A stretch of 64,000 nucleotides of DNA from Balanoglossus misakiensis (lineage: Eukaryota; Animalia; Hemichordata): the NCBI GenBank assembly GCA_040954595.2, contig CM082578.2, positions 9,099,519 to 9,163,518 of the forward strand, written 5' to 3'. Shown here piece by piece: positions 1-15,728 of this stretch (positions within the stretch are counted from its first letter, which is position 1; each line of letters starts with the position of its first letter). Below the pieces are notes generated by a model. The model did not search any database. It worked only from the letters and a program-made list of their open reading frames with translations, and was not told the origin of the DNA. The position numbers and the translations under genes were made by a program.

Positions 1-92
1 ATGATTTAGTATTATTTTGACTTTTTCTCTCAATACCTCTGTACTTTAATGCGTTGATGTAACTCTTCTCATATTTCGAGGAGGAATAAAGG

Positions 93-179
93 AACAACAA
101 CAACAACAACAACAACAACAACTCACTCACTCACTCACTCGCTCACTCGCTCACTCACTCACTCACTCACTCACTCACT
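93..179. repeat. Compound microsatellite (AAC)n followed by (ACTC)n
   Basis: Directly visible perfect to near-perfect tri- and tetranucleotide arrays. Confidence 0.95.
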
Positions 180-3100
180 ACTTTTTGACCATGTCAATTA
201 AATTATCTCTCTTTGTTCAGTCATCTTTACTAATGAAAAGTAATAGGCTCCGGGATTGAAACAAACACGTGTTGGTGACACAGTTAATCCTTGGGAGGAA
301 CAAAAAGGAACAGACGTAGTTATGTACGTTTCACTTGCCCGTGAGCAAAAGAACTTATTAGTATACATTCAAAGACTTTCGTCGGTTAGTACATTTCACA
401 AACAATTCCAAGAAAATTGCCCAGTTGGCGCCTGTTGGCGAAAGAGCTCCCTCGAATGCTTTCTCTCACAGGAACGCAGCACTCTCACTGGTTTCTGTTC
501 GTGTGCGCATCAGATTTCTTTTGTGACGATAATGAATTTGGCAACTCGAAAATGAAAATGCTGGGAACAGCAGAAGTCACTGTGAGAGTAAAAAGAACCG
601 GCCTAGTCGCTGGAGAAACATCACAAAGCCGCATTCAGGAGGTCTACTAAAAGTTAGCGCCTCAACTTTTTAAGCATCTTAGCGAAAAATAAGATAGAGT
701 TACTGCTTAATATCTTTCCTATAGGAAAAACCGTGCTTAAGATTGGCCTTTACAAATCCGAAGGCTGTTTGTACATCTGAACTCAATACCCGTTCCCTCG
801 TGTTCAGTCGGCTATTGTTCATATTTGAGTCATCCAGATAAACTCGGCTCATCGTGCGCAACTCGCAACTATACATGTCAGTTCAGTTCGGTTCGAGTTG
901 AATGTGTCTCTCGCTGTGTTTTTCATGGGTTGTTGCATGTAGATTCGGAATAGACTTCTTCAGGGCCTGCAACAAAGCCAAGTGCCTTGAGAGAGCGCAA
1001 CACTGCAAAAGTAATTTTCCGAATTCTGCGTAATCAAGTAGCCCCGGTCGGTATATTTTGACGCATGTCTGAGATCACGTGACAGACACTTTGGATAATC
1101 TTCTACAAAACAGATTTTTAACAGCACCCAGCAAAAGATGAAGGTTGAGTGATGACAATCAGTAGAAGAATTATTTTAGTCGTGCCGGTACCAGATGTTA
1201 TGTTGTCACGTCTTATATCGATCGAAACCCTCGACAAACATCGCAGACGAGCGTGCTGAGAAGGTTTTAATGCGCGCTTATTTGAGAAAGATATCCCGCA
1301 GCGTTTTTCGCAGGGTGCTACCGTTAAGAAATTGATTTTTCAAGGCTGCACACATCGTCCATCAATAATCATTTCAAGATTTGAGATGTTTTTTTGATTT
1401 CAGCTGCCTGACTTCATGATCTATTCAGAGTTTCGTCCAGTAATAGGCAGAGAAATCTTGACTTGAAATACCTGTCTCGTCTCATCTCGGCAGTGGTTGT
1501 TATTACAATCTTGGATGTTTACGTTTATTTACTGATCGAGTTGAGGGCGTGGCTGAGTGCTTTGGATTTGATACCTTTCTTGAGTACATACAAAACATGC
1601 ATTAAATGGGAAAAGTACCCTTTTCAATGGAGAGAATGATTTAATAAGCAATACAATTACAATTAAATCAAATGTAGATCACGCGACTTGGCTACATTAA
1701 ATAGACGCCACCTACATGGTGTGTAAGCAATCCATTATTTAAAAAAAATAACTCAAAAAGAACACATCTTCTCGTATCATTTAACTTATACCACCTTCGA
1801 ATCCGAAATACAGGAGTCTATTTCTGTGAACACCGTGCCATCGTAATAAGTCACTTTCATGACCCCTAAATGATCTCCCATCCTTGTACTACCGGTGGTA
1901 CGTGATTGTCAAAATTCAATATTTTACTACAAGAAATGCGTAAAACTTTGCTTGAAAAAATGATTTTGCTTAATAATGTAGCACACACCAAATTCATTGA
2001 CTAGAGCTGTTATGGGTGTTTAATCAAACTGGTAGATTCATTCCAACAAAAGTACAAGGATGTAGGGTCATGCCGGGGTCATCAAAATGGCCTATTGTGA
2101 TATATCAAACACCTATAGGTCTTCTAAAAACACTTGCAACCGAGTCTTGTTTGCATCTGTTGCGGAACGTGATCGGTAAACTTGGTCTTTGCGTTTATAT
2201 ATTGAAGAAAATAAATTCTGTTTTCAACTCGCTGTGAACAATAACATGTTAGGGGTGATACGTTATTTTCATTACTGGAGGACATTCTTTTCGTATTGAT
2301 TCAAAAACCTTCCCACTCGATGTTTTGACGTGGGAGACGTGTATAGGAGACTGGCAACAGATGACGTGTTACTATTAAGCCCGCCAGAATAACTCAGGAA
2401 ATCGATACACTTAGCCGATGTCGAAATCACTACCACCGAATTATAGTTTTGCTCTATACCACTGACACTCATTTGTATTGCTGGTAGAGTATACGACCGA
2501 CGCACTTAACTTGGGCAATAGAAACTGGAAAACCTCTCGTGTGTATGTTTACAGGGACCTAAATTTGAAGTCTAAATCGATACGTCTGGGGCTGTAGGAA
2601 GTGCTCGTAAAAATTACCTGCTAGTAAAACTCACAGCTGTTCATTTTCACAACTTCGATTTCAATAGCCAAGCATGCCATACAGATCGATCAATGCAATG
2701 GTCATACATGTATCCTTTGCAACGAAAATGTTTCCAATGCGATAGTGGTGAACGACCATTTGTACTGCGTTTATGTCTAAATTTGGTTAGGCCACATCAT
2801 TTAAATTTTCTGTTTTGTGTCTGTTTACATTCGCATGTTTTTGCTCTTATTCACGGCGGGTCGCAAGGTATCATATGATAAGTGCCACATGTAACTGATA
2901 TCCACTTACTGTAAAATAATCCAAGAATGGTCTTTTAATGAACCGTAAATAGTCCAAGATGATGAGTCGCGGAGAAAATGGCAAAATTATTTTGCTGCTT
3001 AAATTGCGCAGTTTTGTTTTTAGTCCACATCAGATATGATGAAAAAACATCTATGGTGGGTACATTCCTTTTGTGCAGCTCAAACCGTTTTCATTGTACA

Positions 3101-4554
3101 TTCAGTAATACATGTACTAGTATACACGGCAGGTGGCACAAAAGCCAACTTGGTGTTACTCCGAGATCGATACAAAGCTGCCAACCGCCTCTAGCTCACG
3201 TGAACCCAACGGAGCGTTGTAAACAGCGACCGTCGGCAATATCTCAACGGGATTCTGCGTTCTGCACTTTTATTGTCCGTTTCTTTCGCAGCACAGATAA
3301 ACATCGGTAGCACGTCAGTTGTGACATTGAACTGTCATTCAAAAATAATAAAGATCAAAAGCAAAGCGAATCGAATTACGCATAGGGCGTAGAAAATAGA
3401 AGAGAGTCTCTTTCCTGTTGTTTGTAAGTTCACTGGAAATTTCTCTAAAAAAATAAAAAATAATGAAGGTGATCCTGACCTCTAAATTCGCCAAAGCAAG
3501 GTGAGAATTCTAACACCTTTTAACCGCAACTATATCTGTGATGCCGTAAAAAGGTATATGGAAGACCACCTGTTGGGGGAATAAATCTGCCAATAATGTT
3601 AATCAAATTACATTGTGTATACTAAACCGTTGCCAAGAATATGAAAATAACTTCCGCGAAAGTAAGAAACTGCAAGAAATCTCGAGTTCTAAAGCTCTCT
3701 CTTTCATTTTTGTTGTTTTAAATATCACAGTATATTCGCAATTATTACTGCGTGTCGGTCACGTGATCTTCGCCGCCGGATACTGACAGAGCATGCTCGA
3801 TTAACATTCGTCTTCATTTGATCTGCCGTCTCCTATTTGAATAATAATAAGCATATTTGACGAGTCCCGGTGGACCTTGCTATGTTGAACCTTGCTCATT
3901 ATAATATCAGTCGAGTCAGTAATACCAGACATTTACCCATTTTCCTTTGCACTAATGCGACTTGGACATTATTAATCGCCGTACGCTTGGCGATATAAAT
4001 CAGGTCAAATCCAGATATTAACGAGCGCAGGAAATGACACAGATGAGCACTGTTGACATTCAGTTCGGTCATCCGATTGCATTCAGGCGTCGAAGTAGAA
4101 GACACGAGATTTATATTTTTGTTACCTGTATATGTATCCTCGGGGAAAGACAGCTCCCATTCTGCTCGGTGTACGACTGTTAAAGTGTGACAATTCCACG
4201 AAAAACAAATTTTGATGACGTAGGCAATAATTGAAGATATACCACTACGTGCTATATAATGGCTAAGTACCCTGGGACCAAAATACTATTAACTTTGAAT
4301 CGGATATTTCCCCTTAATAGACAATTTTACCGTAGGGGGCACGCAAATCACTGCATGTAAAAAGCGATTCTCCGAAATGTAATGGCGGCATTCACAGACT
4401 GTCAGAAACATCAAACGTGTCCCGACCATATTAAATGAACGGCCGCCGAGTGATCGCGACATGGCTATTTCCAATTGGTCATGTCCGCTTCATTGAATTT
4501 GCGTCGACAGCTGCGTTCTTAACTTGTTTGTAATTGCCAATTCGCGAGCGTGTT

Positions 4555-5195
4555 AGTGACGATCAACTTGATTATTCAAAACCTTTATCTTGCACGCAGT
4601 TAACCATATCTAGGCTTAATATTGAAATGCCATAGTCCTTGAAGATTCACGGTTGTGGCATTTGCCAATCTGTACTGTACTGTATTGTACTGTATTGTAC
4701 TGTACTGTACTGTACTGTACTGTACTGTACTGTACTGTACTGTACTGTACTGTACTGTACTGTACTGTACTGTACAATATGTCTACGGTTGCGCCAAAGC
4801 AAAGGGTATATTGGCAGTCGACTTTGATCTTCTTGGAACCGTGATACATTTCATTGTGCAATTAAAGTGTGGAATACGTTTAAGCAGTATTTATTAAAGG
4901 CAAGTGACGATCAACTTGATTATTCAAAACCTTTATCTTGCACGCAGTTAACCATATCTAGGCTTAATATTGAAATGCCATAGTCCTTGAAGATTCACGG
5001 TTGTGGCATTTGCCAATCTGTACTGTACTGTACTGTACTGTACTGTACTGTACTGTACTGTACTGTACAATATGTCTACGGTTGCGCCAAAGCAAAGGGT
5101 ATATTGGCAGTCGACTTTGATCTTCTTGGAACCGTGATACATTTCATTGTGCAATTAAAGTGTGGAATACGTTTAAGCAGTATTTATTAAAGGCA
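4555..5195. repeat. Head-to-tail tandem duplication (units 4555-4902 and 4903-5195), each containing a (TGTAC)n microsatellite
   Basis: Flanking unique sequence looks identical between units (agtgacgatcaacttg...tatttattaaaggca). Units are 348 and 293 bp, differing by 55 bp = 11 pentamer units. Confidence 0.93.
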
Positions 5196-8100
5196 AATGC
5201 GGAAATGACACCGTTTACCCAGCACTTGGACCTGATATTGGTTTATTTCCTGCCACAAAGCCCAATTATGTCGTGTTATGTAACTATGTCCTCTTTTGCC
5301 TCAAAAGAAAATGAACTAGAGACGTTTTACGTCCAATAGACGCAAATATAATCTCAATACTTAGAGGTGCGGCGCCCTGTTTATTTTACTATATTTTCCA
5401 TCAGCTAGATCATACAACAACAGACAAAATATTTTGGGGCCTTTGTAACCCTAACCACCCATTTGGCCAAAACTGTTGCACCATTTTTATCAAGCACTGA
5501 TTTTTACTCCCCTCCCCGAAAATAACTGGTCTATCCCTAAGATTGAAACGCTTGTTTGCTCACCTTGATTTTCAACACGGATGATGCCAAAGGCCGCACG
5601 TTAATGTATCATGCGTTCGCGATATAACCAGTCGGGATTTTCTGTCACCGGCGATATCGGAAACGAAAACGTGATTGGTCATCCTGGGGGAATATCTTAA
5701 TTTATTCATGATTCCCGGCCGGAAATCAAAAGCTCCCAGGTGACCCGAGAACATGTTAGCGAAACAAGTTTACATCTGCAGCGGCGAAATGGCCAGCGCA
5801 GTTTTCAGAGAAAATTGATGTACGCTGTGAATACAGGTACAATCTACTGATTCAATGATCAAGTAAATTGATTGTAGTGCAAAAATGCAGAGAAATCCAC
5901 TCTGATATTAAGTGAATAAAAACTAATAAACACAAATAACCTGTACATGTATATTGGCCTCCGTTGCTTCGCCTTAGGTATAACGGCGAATCTACTCACT
6001 CCACGTGGGTTGGAATCTGAATCTCCTAGGATATTTCCAATATACGAGTGTCTATCCAACCCTTTCCATCAAGTCGCAAATTGATGCCATGGAAATGACA
6101 GACAGCCACTCAAACAGTGTTCAAACCAGTAGCAAAACCCTCGCATGATATGTTATGTGCTCGAAATAACATTCATAGTTATATGTAGAGGGACTAGACA
6201 CATTACGAATTTGAATCATCGTGTCTCTCTCCTTATCACTCTTTTGTCCAGTTTCAAATTCCCAAATCTGTATATTTCCATCTTGAAACTTGAGCGTGTT
6301 CCATAAAATGGATGATTGATGCTACTTTGACGATGTGAACCCCGAGAGAATACTGCGCGCCAAATAATAATCGCACATCCTTCGGGCAAGAGTCAAGGTC
6401 AGAAACATCTACATATGCAAATCAATGCGACGTTCCCTTTGTAAGTAACCGATAGGCATCTTCTACTAGTACATGACTTAACAAATCTCCAGACAATGCT
6501 AACATTTCAGTCATATTCATGACTGATCTTTCGAATCATGTTGTTGACAGCATCTTGTCGACAAGCTTAGCCCGGCGCTTAACAAAACTTATTTGATAAT
6601 AATAATCCTCTCGAAATTTGGTTTATTGGAAACGCTGAAACTATCGTAGGCAAAATGTGCCACGCCCACGTCGCGGTCACTTTAGACCCTCAATTGTGCA
6701 ATGCTATACTCAACATAGGTTCGTTTTAAGTGCATATTGAGGGTGTGTAGGCAGTGTCTAAATACACAACTACTAACCACGCAATTGACACCAAAGCGAA
6801 TTAAAATAGCAGAAATCGATGCGAACGACATACATTTATGTGATCATCATTTTTTCAGTTTGTTACATATAAGCTTACGGACGCAGCGTTTTCGTCACCC
6901 GGCTTAAATATAAAAGAGTGTCCTAAACACGACATGTTTACAACGGAACGATGAAAACAGTAAAATCTTACCTGACATGGGAGTGCACTGAGACGCAGAC
7001 ATCGTGAAAACAACCGTGAATGAACCACAACTCGCAAAATGCAGCTGAAACCCATTCAAACGACTTAATCTATATTTAAATGAACCCTTTCGTCACCGCC
7101 GACCGAATTTGCATAATTGACAGTGTAATTGAGCACTTAGGACAATCAGCTTGATGATTTTTTCCATCTTGACATTTCGGGCATGAGACTCGTTGCGTAA
7201 TGCAATGCATAATTGAGTTTCGTTGATGGCAATTGCCAGCTTAAGTAAAAAAAAATATAGATGGGAGGCACTTTTTTTTCATCGCGATATGAAGTGATCA
7301 CTTTTGAGGATAACATGCGCGAAAGGAATGCGCTGTGGCTATCGGCGTATCTCATTGTTCTCACCGGATGTTGCTCCATTCATGATCTATCGTTTCCACT
7401 GGGTGAAATATGCCATTCACTCTCACACTGAAGAATGTATGTTCCAAGTACAAGAATTAATCACAATCACTTTCGATTTCTCAGAAGAACATTTCAATAT
7501 GATGCACATCACTTCGCCTGATGGTTCTTTTTAAAGAGCATTTGCAGGTTCTGCCTTTTTAAAGTTCCATCACCGCATTTTGGAATTTCCAATGACTGAT
7601 ACAAGCGCAAAATTAGAGAGCGTTCAGTTATCGTGGCAGAGTGTACAGGCCGACGAAGTCTGAGTTTATCATTGCCGGCTGTCAACCTAAATAGCGGTGG
7701 TTATCCTTTTTGTGACAACCACTTGGGGAGTAGTTGAGTTTTTGAAGAAACCAAGATAAGAAAAGGGGCACGTTCAGTCGACAAGAAACTGGATCATGAA
7801 CTAAAGCATCAAACGGAAACGACGAACTACATCATATCACAGTATCTGAAGCGGCAAATATCGACATTTGAATTAAATGAATATAGTTACAGCCAAAGAC
7901 GGGGCCTTTGAAGGCATCAACAGAACTTTGATAAGACAGAAATCCACTTTCGCAAATGAGTTCATATGCCATGTGACAAACAACTGCGTGGGACGTACAT
8001 CGCAGCGAGATCCGGCCGAGATACGGTCCTATGGCCTTTGCAAATACCAACAATTTCATAATGAATCCGATTACGTCAGGTAACGACATGGTTAATAGCT

Positions 8101-11100
8101 TTTCTCCATATTTTCTAGCATTTAGGGGTGTTGCCCAGCAGGGAGTGATCATTACAGCTATAACGTTGTCGAACTCCAAGTATGGATGACGAGTTACAAA
8201 ATTCCCCACTTGATTCAAAATTGCCTTTTTAATTCGAAACGTGTATAAAACATATAAGTAACAGGGGCACGAAATAAATCTAAATGGTGTGGCAGATTAT
8301 GATCAACGCCAATATGCGGAAATGAAAGTGAGATCCACACAGCAACAGGCGAGTGGGTGTGTTTATATATAGACGACGGAGGTGGCTTGACTGAAACTGA
8401 CACCATTGTTGTTAGCTCGCCCATAGAAATCATTCATTGATCAAGTTTCCGAAAATTGCACATAGTCCTTTCAAAGAAAAACATTGTACCATTATTTGTC
8501 GTAAGGATCTATCCTTAGCAATTAATGAAAGCAACCCCGTTCAATGCGAACTGCAATAACATATTGGATTCCTTGATCTAGGAGATGAACTCTCATGTTC
8601 GCTGGATTCGCCTCTTCGAATTTTCGCACAAATGTACTGTTTAAAAGAAAAGTAAACCAATGGAGGATTTCCTTTGAATTTCCAAAGGTAGGGCCGTACC
8701 GTCCCAGTCGTCAATATTTCAGACAACCCGCTATGACTAACCATGGGAATCGTCAGAGTTAATCAAAAGTTAATCGACGTTATTTAAATTCACATTTACC
8801 CGGCTGCTCCGGGAAAAATGGAAGGACGCCAGACAGAATATCATCAGACAATTAAACCACTAAAGATAGCAAAATGCAAAGTACTTAGAGACAAGACTCA
8901 TCATTTTTATTTTCTTATAAAATATTAAGATTGCCTGCTTGAAAGAACGTTATTCATTATTTTTTATCGATATTGGGGCAGCTCTTTTTCCTGTCTATAA
9001 AACATTAAGATTTCAATTTGGTAAAGGAATGTAATTTTCCCGTGTTATTTAACTAATGAATACAGTGTATTCAATTTGCAAGAATCATTACGTCAAGGTA
9101 TTAAGATTATAATCATCGGAAGCACGTACTCGTCACCATGGTTACAGTTAGTAAGCACGCGTATTTTGTATGTGTGTGCGTGTCCGTATAATAGACTTCC
9201 AAAAATCGCTTGCTCTATATTTGGAAGAATGTAAATTCTATCATAACGTTGGATGGATACCCCATGTGTGATATTAAAGGCAGAACGTTCAATTTGAAAC
9301 ATTTCTGACAAAAACATCATAATCCACGATTCCTTTAACGGTTTTCAAAACAGTAGCGTTTCATTAACTCTGGGGAAGTGTTAAATGGTACGATGGCCAT
9401 TTTCCTTCCTGTATGTGGTGACTTCTCACAGGATGCACACGTTGCTATAGAAACATTTGTATGTTGCATGCTTAACCATTCACCACGAAAAGACGCAAGT
9501 TGAAGAATTCTGTGATACAGTGTACAAGTGTAGAGGCACACTTTACATGGTGTATGTCAAATTCCATTCACCACCTTCCCCCGGCACGATATAATCTTAA
9601 AGGGTGAGAAAATATTCGCACCAGTCATTAAGATAGGCGATTTTCTTTTCTACGAAGTCAACTGTCATGTCATTTTTGCCATAATAACGAGGACTGCCGA
9701 CTTAAAGTATGTATAGGAAATGTTGACTATCCAATCCAATCACGGTAACATACCACAGCGATTACCGTGAGGAGGGCACGGAAGCTCCGCAAGATTGTAC
9801 ATAATCGTTCGTTGGACATCGAAGGTTTCTTGCCGAGTCGTTAATATTGAATTACAAGGATGAAAGACGAAATCTATATGCACTCTGAATTTGCTGAAAT
9901 GTGAGAGCCTCCATTCATCAGCGTCTTTGGATTTGCCGTTGTTGGGCAGCAGCAGATCGAGAACCCTGATTGTGCAAGAAATGTAGCGTGGCAAGCAATT
10001 TTTTATTACTGTAATGGCTTTTCATGGTTAGTCGGGTCATGGTGCCATATATTACATATCTGGTAAGAGGATACTGGCGAGACATGCACGACACAAAAAA
10101 TAGGGGACAAATGACGCGCAACACATCAAAATGCTCGGTAATGGCCTATTAAACGGTATGCTTGTCATATAATATCAAGTTACCCCGGTGTGTTCAGAAA
10201 AACACTGCTCACTCGCCTCATCAACAAATAGCAATCATATTACCGAATCTCTATCCGACTTTCCAATGACGTCTCATCCTTGCTGGAGAAGTCACGCGTT
10301 GCCTGTTCCCAATTTCCAAAAAACAATGAAGCCAACGCTTTACAAGGCAAACGGGGTCGAGGAAATTATTTCAAAATTGTGACGAAAAAAAATCTGAGGC
10401 ATTGTGCCTTTCTTGCCGTGGATGTACATGTATAGGATACAAGTACATCTTTTCAACCATCCTCACATATATTTCCACACTTTTCATTTGCTGTCTCCTT
10501 GTCTATCGTCATAAACTTCAGATATAAAGTGTTGAGTGTGGTGTAATATACTATATGTTTCTTGGAAGTGCCTCTCGGCAGTTCAGTAGATTTTAAGCAG
10601 GATTTGACAAGACTAACCGGTAGGCCTAGGTGTTATGTTCGAAATTCAGTTTCTTTGTATCGAGTGAGCCATGTTTTTTTTGTTCGTCGCATTACTGTTA
10701 TAACCCCTCGAGATCGGAAAATGAAACCTCCGTGTAAAGGAAAGCAGCTTACACGAAATACGAACATGGTATAATTTGGGTCTTATAAACGTCGAAATCC
10801 ATGTATTTATATGCTTAAGCGTGGTTGTGCACAGTAATCGTTAGTGGCGACATGATGCATCTTTATCCTAACTATTGATACGCAAAGCTTAGTGTACAGT
10901 TTTGATCCATAGCCTGATTTCTCTTAGTTTCGATATAATATATTTGATTTTTTGCCGCAATTTGCCGCAGTGGAATTTTAAAACGACCTTAGCGTATATA
11001 TATGCTTCGACTGTTTGCCCTTTTAAAAGGAAGTTTATATCACTTACACCCAACTCGAATTGTAATCCACCCAGGCTTGACATTGTGACACAATTACTTG

Positions 11101-14100
11101 CTTTGAATCATTTGATCGTCGACAGACATTGAGCCGTTTTGGCAGTACTTCCGCAATCGCAACAGCTGGGATCACGGTTTCGTGTCAGAATTACACCTTG
11201 GCAAAAGATTCTACCGCAAAGGTGGGTACAAGATGGAAGTTCTCCATATTAATTTCCAGCTGCAAGTACTTTCACGATAGCTATAGATGCATGCAACTGA
11301 CCGCGGGTACCCTTTAAGATAAATAAATGATGATGAATAACATATACGCCAGACATTCCTTTTAAATGTAGACCTATATATCTCATATGTTATTTAACCC
11401 CGTAACAAAATACACCGTATATCTGACTGCAAGGTTACTACACTTTCGATATGTCTTCCATTAGGACTTCAAAGCGACGGCAAATGTACAGCTAGACTAA
11501 GTTATCTTGAAGGGAAAGGCATGGCGTCTGCGCAGTTACCATAACTCACCATATTCGCGCGATACGTCCAGTTTCACCTTGCATGGCATCTTGATTACGC
11601 ACCAATTCCATCAAGAAGACAGCGCTTTAAATTTATACGCCACTTTTTTTTATTTCTGTTTGACCTGTCGCCGTGTGACGTGACCAATGAGAATGGCAAA
11701 TTATTCAAAACACGATTCAATGGACATGTATGATATATAAATCTCATACACGTAAAATAAATAGCATGTATACAGCTCATGCAGGCGTACACTAAAGGAG
11801 CAGAATGGAGATTCCGCCAGACGGGACTTGGGTAAATTAAATTCAGTATTACTCGCATGAGTTATTACTTAAGACAAGTAACCATAAATTAGCCAACTCT
11901 TTCAGATAGCACCTCGCCGTTCGTATTACGTCGTATTGTCGTAGCTATTATACTTGTGGTGATAAAGTATAGTTGAGTGTGTTTTAGAGCCTAATCTACA
12001 TGGCGCTTTGATTCCCTCTATCTGTAAATTACTGAACAGTTGCTTGGTGTTTAGAATCGACGTGCTGGCAACTATATCATCGTCTGGCGAACGGGTTATC
12101 TCGCTATGAGAAAAGGCAGGGTTGTTAATAAATCATAAATCGTGTATAGCGCAGATAGACGACCAATGGCGTTCTCTAATAGAAACAAGAAACACTAAAA
12201 TCTGCAGAAGCAGGGAGAAGATGTATCGTCAGGTCGCGCGGGAAATTAGTCACAGCGGGGTCGTATCGCCTGTGTTCTAAATAGCCAAAGGTATATCCTC
12301 CGTTTGACGTCAATGAAGCATATGGTATTGATCTGATCAGGACAAATAATCAAAATTACCGTTATCGGTGGTAATTCCGGGCGGTGGCGGAGACGTACAA
12401 TCGCGATAGAATCGATGAGTCCTGGGCAATCAGTATAGAAACAAATACATTGCACTCAATTGGCATTGAGGCCTTCGATGTCAGAAAGCAATCGGGAAAA
12501 GGAATATGGATGGCCTTACAATCACGATAAGCCTTATCCTTTGTTTCACAACTATACTCATTTTAAGACGTCTTGTGCCCAGTTCGTCCAGATTGTTCAA
12601 TTTCATCAACACTCACGATTTGATTTCGACTGAACACACGAGTCCTGTCTCCCGATGCTGTCGTATGTGATTGTCTTTACGGGAGACGATTGTTTAGTTT
12701 GGCAAGATCCAATGACGGTTTTGGTCAGCCATACGGGTAAGGTTAGGGTCGCCAGTATAGATACAGCTTCAGTCACTATAATTTTTTGCAGGCCGGCCGG
12801 GCATATGATTAACATTGCATGCATTGAAAAATTCAGTCTAGAATTAGTAGAAAGATTCTTTCAGAAGACATTCATTTTTTGTTTCATTTGATCATTCTAA
12901 CGGAACCACCGGCCAATGTACTTCGCACCGGGTATGAACAGCCGGCCCGAGTTCTCCGTGCTGATCCCTGCTAATGAATCCGTAATGATTGGCTGGATCT
13001 GACGGCCGCTGGATATCTTCGTATAAATCGTTACTAATGAGCCATACGTTTTGGCGTCTTATCCGCAGTAATTCGAAGGACATCTTGCAAAGCCTGAAAC
13101 CGCCAGTGTGTTCCCGTCGAGGGGATACTACAAGTTGAGAAGAGAAAGTTCGCTTAGATTTTCATATCTTCGTGGCTTCCTCTGTGAACTTGGTGTACAG
13201 TACATTGTGATTATGAACTTCTTTTGTAATCTCCAACTTGTCATATGCATCCTATTTATCGAGTGCACAATTTCCAAGGTCACCCTGTCGGAATCACGTA
13301 GAATGCAATTATATCTTCTGAATAGGACCCTGCAACCTGCGAATCAGTCGTTGATTTTATTCTCCCCCCTCGAGAGATCTAAAGATGTTGGACACACGAT
13401 CTCACTAATGGAAACGGTTGACCCGGCGACGTCCTTCACGTCATACGTATCGGAAGCAGTGCGCGATAACTATTGCGACATTGCCTCGATCCAAGGAGGC
13501 GCCACGACTTTCTCTGATTTCACGAAAATCCAAAATGAACAAATCATCCAATTATTTCCCAATTGAAACTACAGATTACTATCATGCGTAATATTCATAT
13601 AATTTAATCACTAAGTGGGTGCTCTCTGCTTCCCAGGTGGTGGCGTGATAAGAGCATTTACGTTGAAGACGGAAGCGGCGATAAGCGTATTAACCTTTCC
13701 GAAACTGTAGAATTAACCTCCCTATAACGCCATTATACACGAACAGCGAAATGTAATTGCCGCGTTTTGTGAGCTCTGTCAATCGCGTGCACGCAGCGAA
13801 CGGGATGTGGAGTGTTCAAAAGTCTGCGTTGTATACCCGCACCATGATATTGTAAACAGACAGTTCTGCACCTAATGGAGTCTACGTTTAACGCTGAACA
13901 CACTGTACGCCATCAATACCATGATGTGTTTAACTATCTTTAGAGGCGCACCTTCTTTATCAGCTTGGCACTAAAGTTCTGATTTGCATATTTAATGAAC
14001 TTTTGTAATCGGTGATATATTTCCGAAATTGCACCTGATTGATGAAACTTGCTACAGACATTTTCCTCACAGATATCTCACTGCAGTGTAATATATTTAC

Positions 14101-15728
14101 TGCTAATTTGCATATTTAACAAACTTATTAAACTAGCACTATAAATGCAGAGCTACTTCATTCAATCTCATGAAAGTAGATGGACATTGCAGTTTGTTTA
14201 GTAATTGTTCAGTAAAAAATGTTTTGGGGAAGTGGGGTCTTCTGAATATGTGGCCTTTCGCATAACCTGCTTGATTGGCAACGAGTCGTTATATTCCTCA
14301 GGGAATTTTATAAAACGGTTAATAAAATTTGAAAACTGACTTAATAATATCAACGGAACCATTCCCCCTTTTATGGAATAAATACTTAGTTTATTCATTT
14401 CCGAGATAGTTTCAAGGCCAGGTCTTAGCCGCCGTAATTATGTTTGTTTTTAATATTATATTTCAAAACCATTAAAGCAGCAGTTTGTTTCCGTTACCTT
14501 AACTACAGAAAAGACTTTAAGAAAGTATTCCTTAAACGCCACTTTCAATTTTAATAGCTTTGATTCAAATAAAAATAGCTTTCCTACGTAATAATTACGT
14601 TTTCCGCTTTAGGCGTTTCCATTAAATATACTGAGCTATTTTTACCAGTCGAATACAAAACAAATATTAAAGCGAGAGCCTTGGGGACGCCGGGGTAAAT
14701 CTGATGGATCAACTCATTTGATTTAATCCGTAATATTGCCCGAAATTGATTTTTCTATTCATTTAAAAGTTTACGTATAGTCGTTAATATTTCGAAACTG
14801 TACGCTATTAATTCGGTTATTGGAAGGGTTTGCCATCTCGTTTAGAAATTACTGTGCATTGTAAATGTATCCATAGATACTCGAGTACTTGGTTGAACCC
14901 ACAACTGCAATGAGTGGGTATCGCCTTATATCTGACGCTGGTGTTGCGTATAGGCTGACTATAAAACCAGTTATACACATATAGCTAAATGCGTCTTAAA
15001 CGTATACACGTTGAAATCTTTATCGATTGGATATCTATATTTAGCTGCTTGCGCATTTTTATATGGGTATATTGAGATCTTTCTGGATCTGTACAGTGAG
15101 TCGGTCGAAAATGTAACGATTAAATGTGCAGGAACTCAATGAAGCCATCTTTAAACTCTTAGGCCCTAACCAGACTCTTAGGCGAAACCTACTTGAAAGA
15201 GACCTCACCTTTTGCACAGTGACCTGATTCGGTAAGCTCGACAACATACACATTACTGTAAGAAGAATATTGGAATATTGATTTATCGATTCTGAGATCG
15301 GTTTGCGTGCATATAGGGGAGAAACGAGATGCAATTATAATACAGAAATGATTGGGAATGTCCTTTGAGGTGTTTTTGTGCTTGAAGTTCGATTTGTAGC
15401 AAAAAATACAGAAATACGAACATGCGGGTATGAGAGGCACATTGTACATCGTCTAATGTGTCTTTACAGTAGTATTGCTATAATCGGTATGTAAAAAGCG
15501 ATTCATGGTTTCGTGCTATGCACGAAACATGTACATGTAACAACAGTGCATTTTCCCCCTGTCTATTCGTTCATCAATGCATTGTGATGTATATCCCATG
15601 TAACTAGCGAGCTGACGACACAACACCGTCGACATGTCGAATTCAGTATTGGAAAACAATTCATCACAAATTTGGACACCGCAAGCAACTTGACGTACAA
15701 CATCAGAGTGAATATAAAAGTGCATTAA

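Noticed and set aside
4616-5190. ORFs with STVQY/CTVLY repeats
   Set aside because: Translations of the (TGTAC)n microsatellite, open in several frames on both strands.
7893-8079. Plus-strand exon-like segment (AKDGAFEGINRTLIRQK...ESDYV) with good splice sites
   Set aside because: No recognisable homology and no phase-compatible neighbouring exon found; cannot support a gene call.
13108-13566. 152-aa plus-strand ORF
   Set aside because: Non-ATG start, no recognisable domain, no splice support.
13975-14125. Repeated ATTTGCATATTTAA (octamer-like) motifs
   Set aside because: More likely part of a dispersed repeat; no linked snRNA or promoter evidence.
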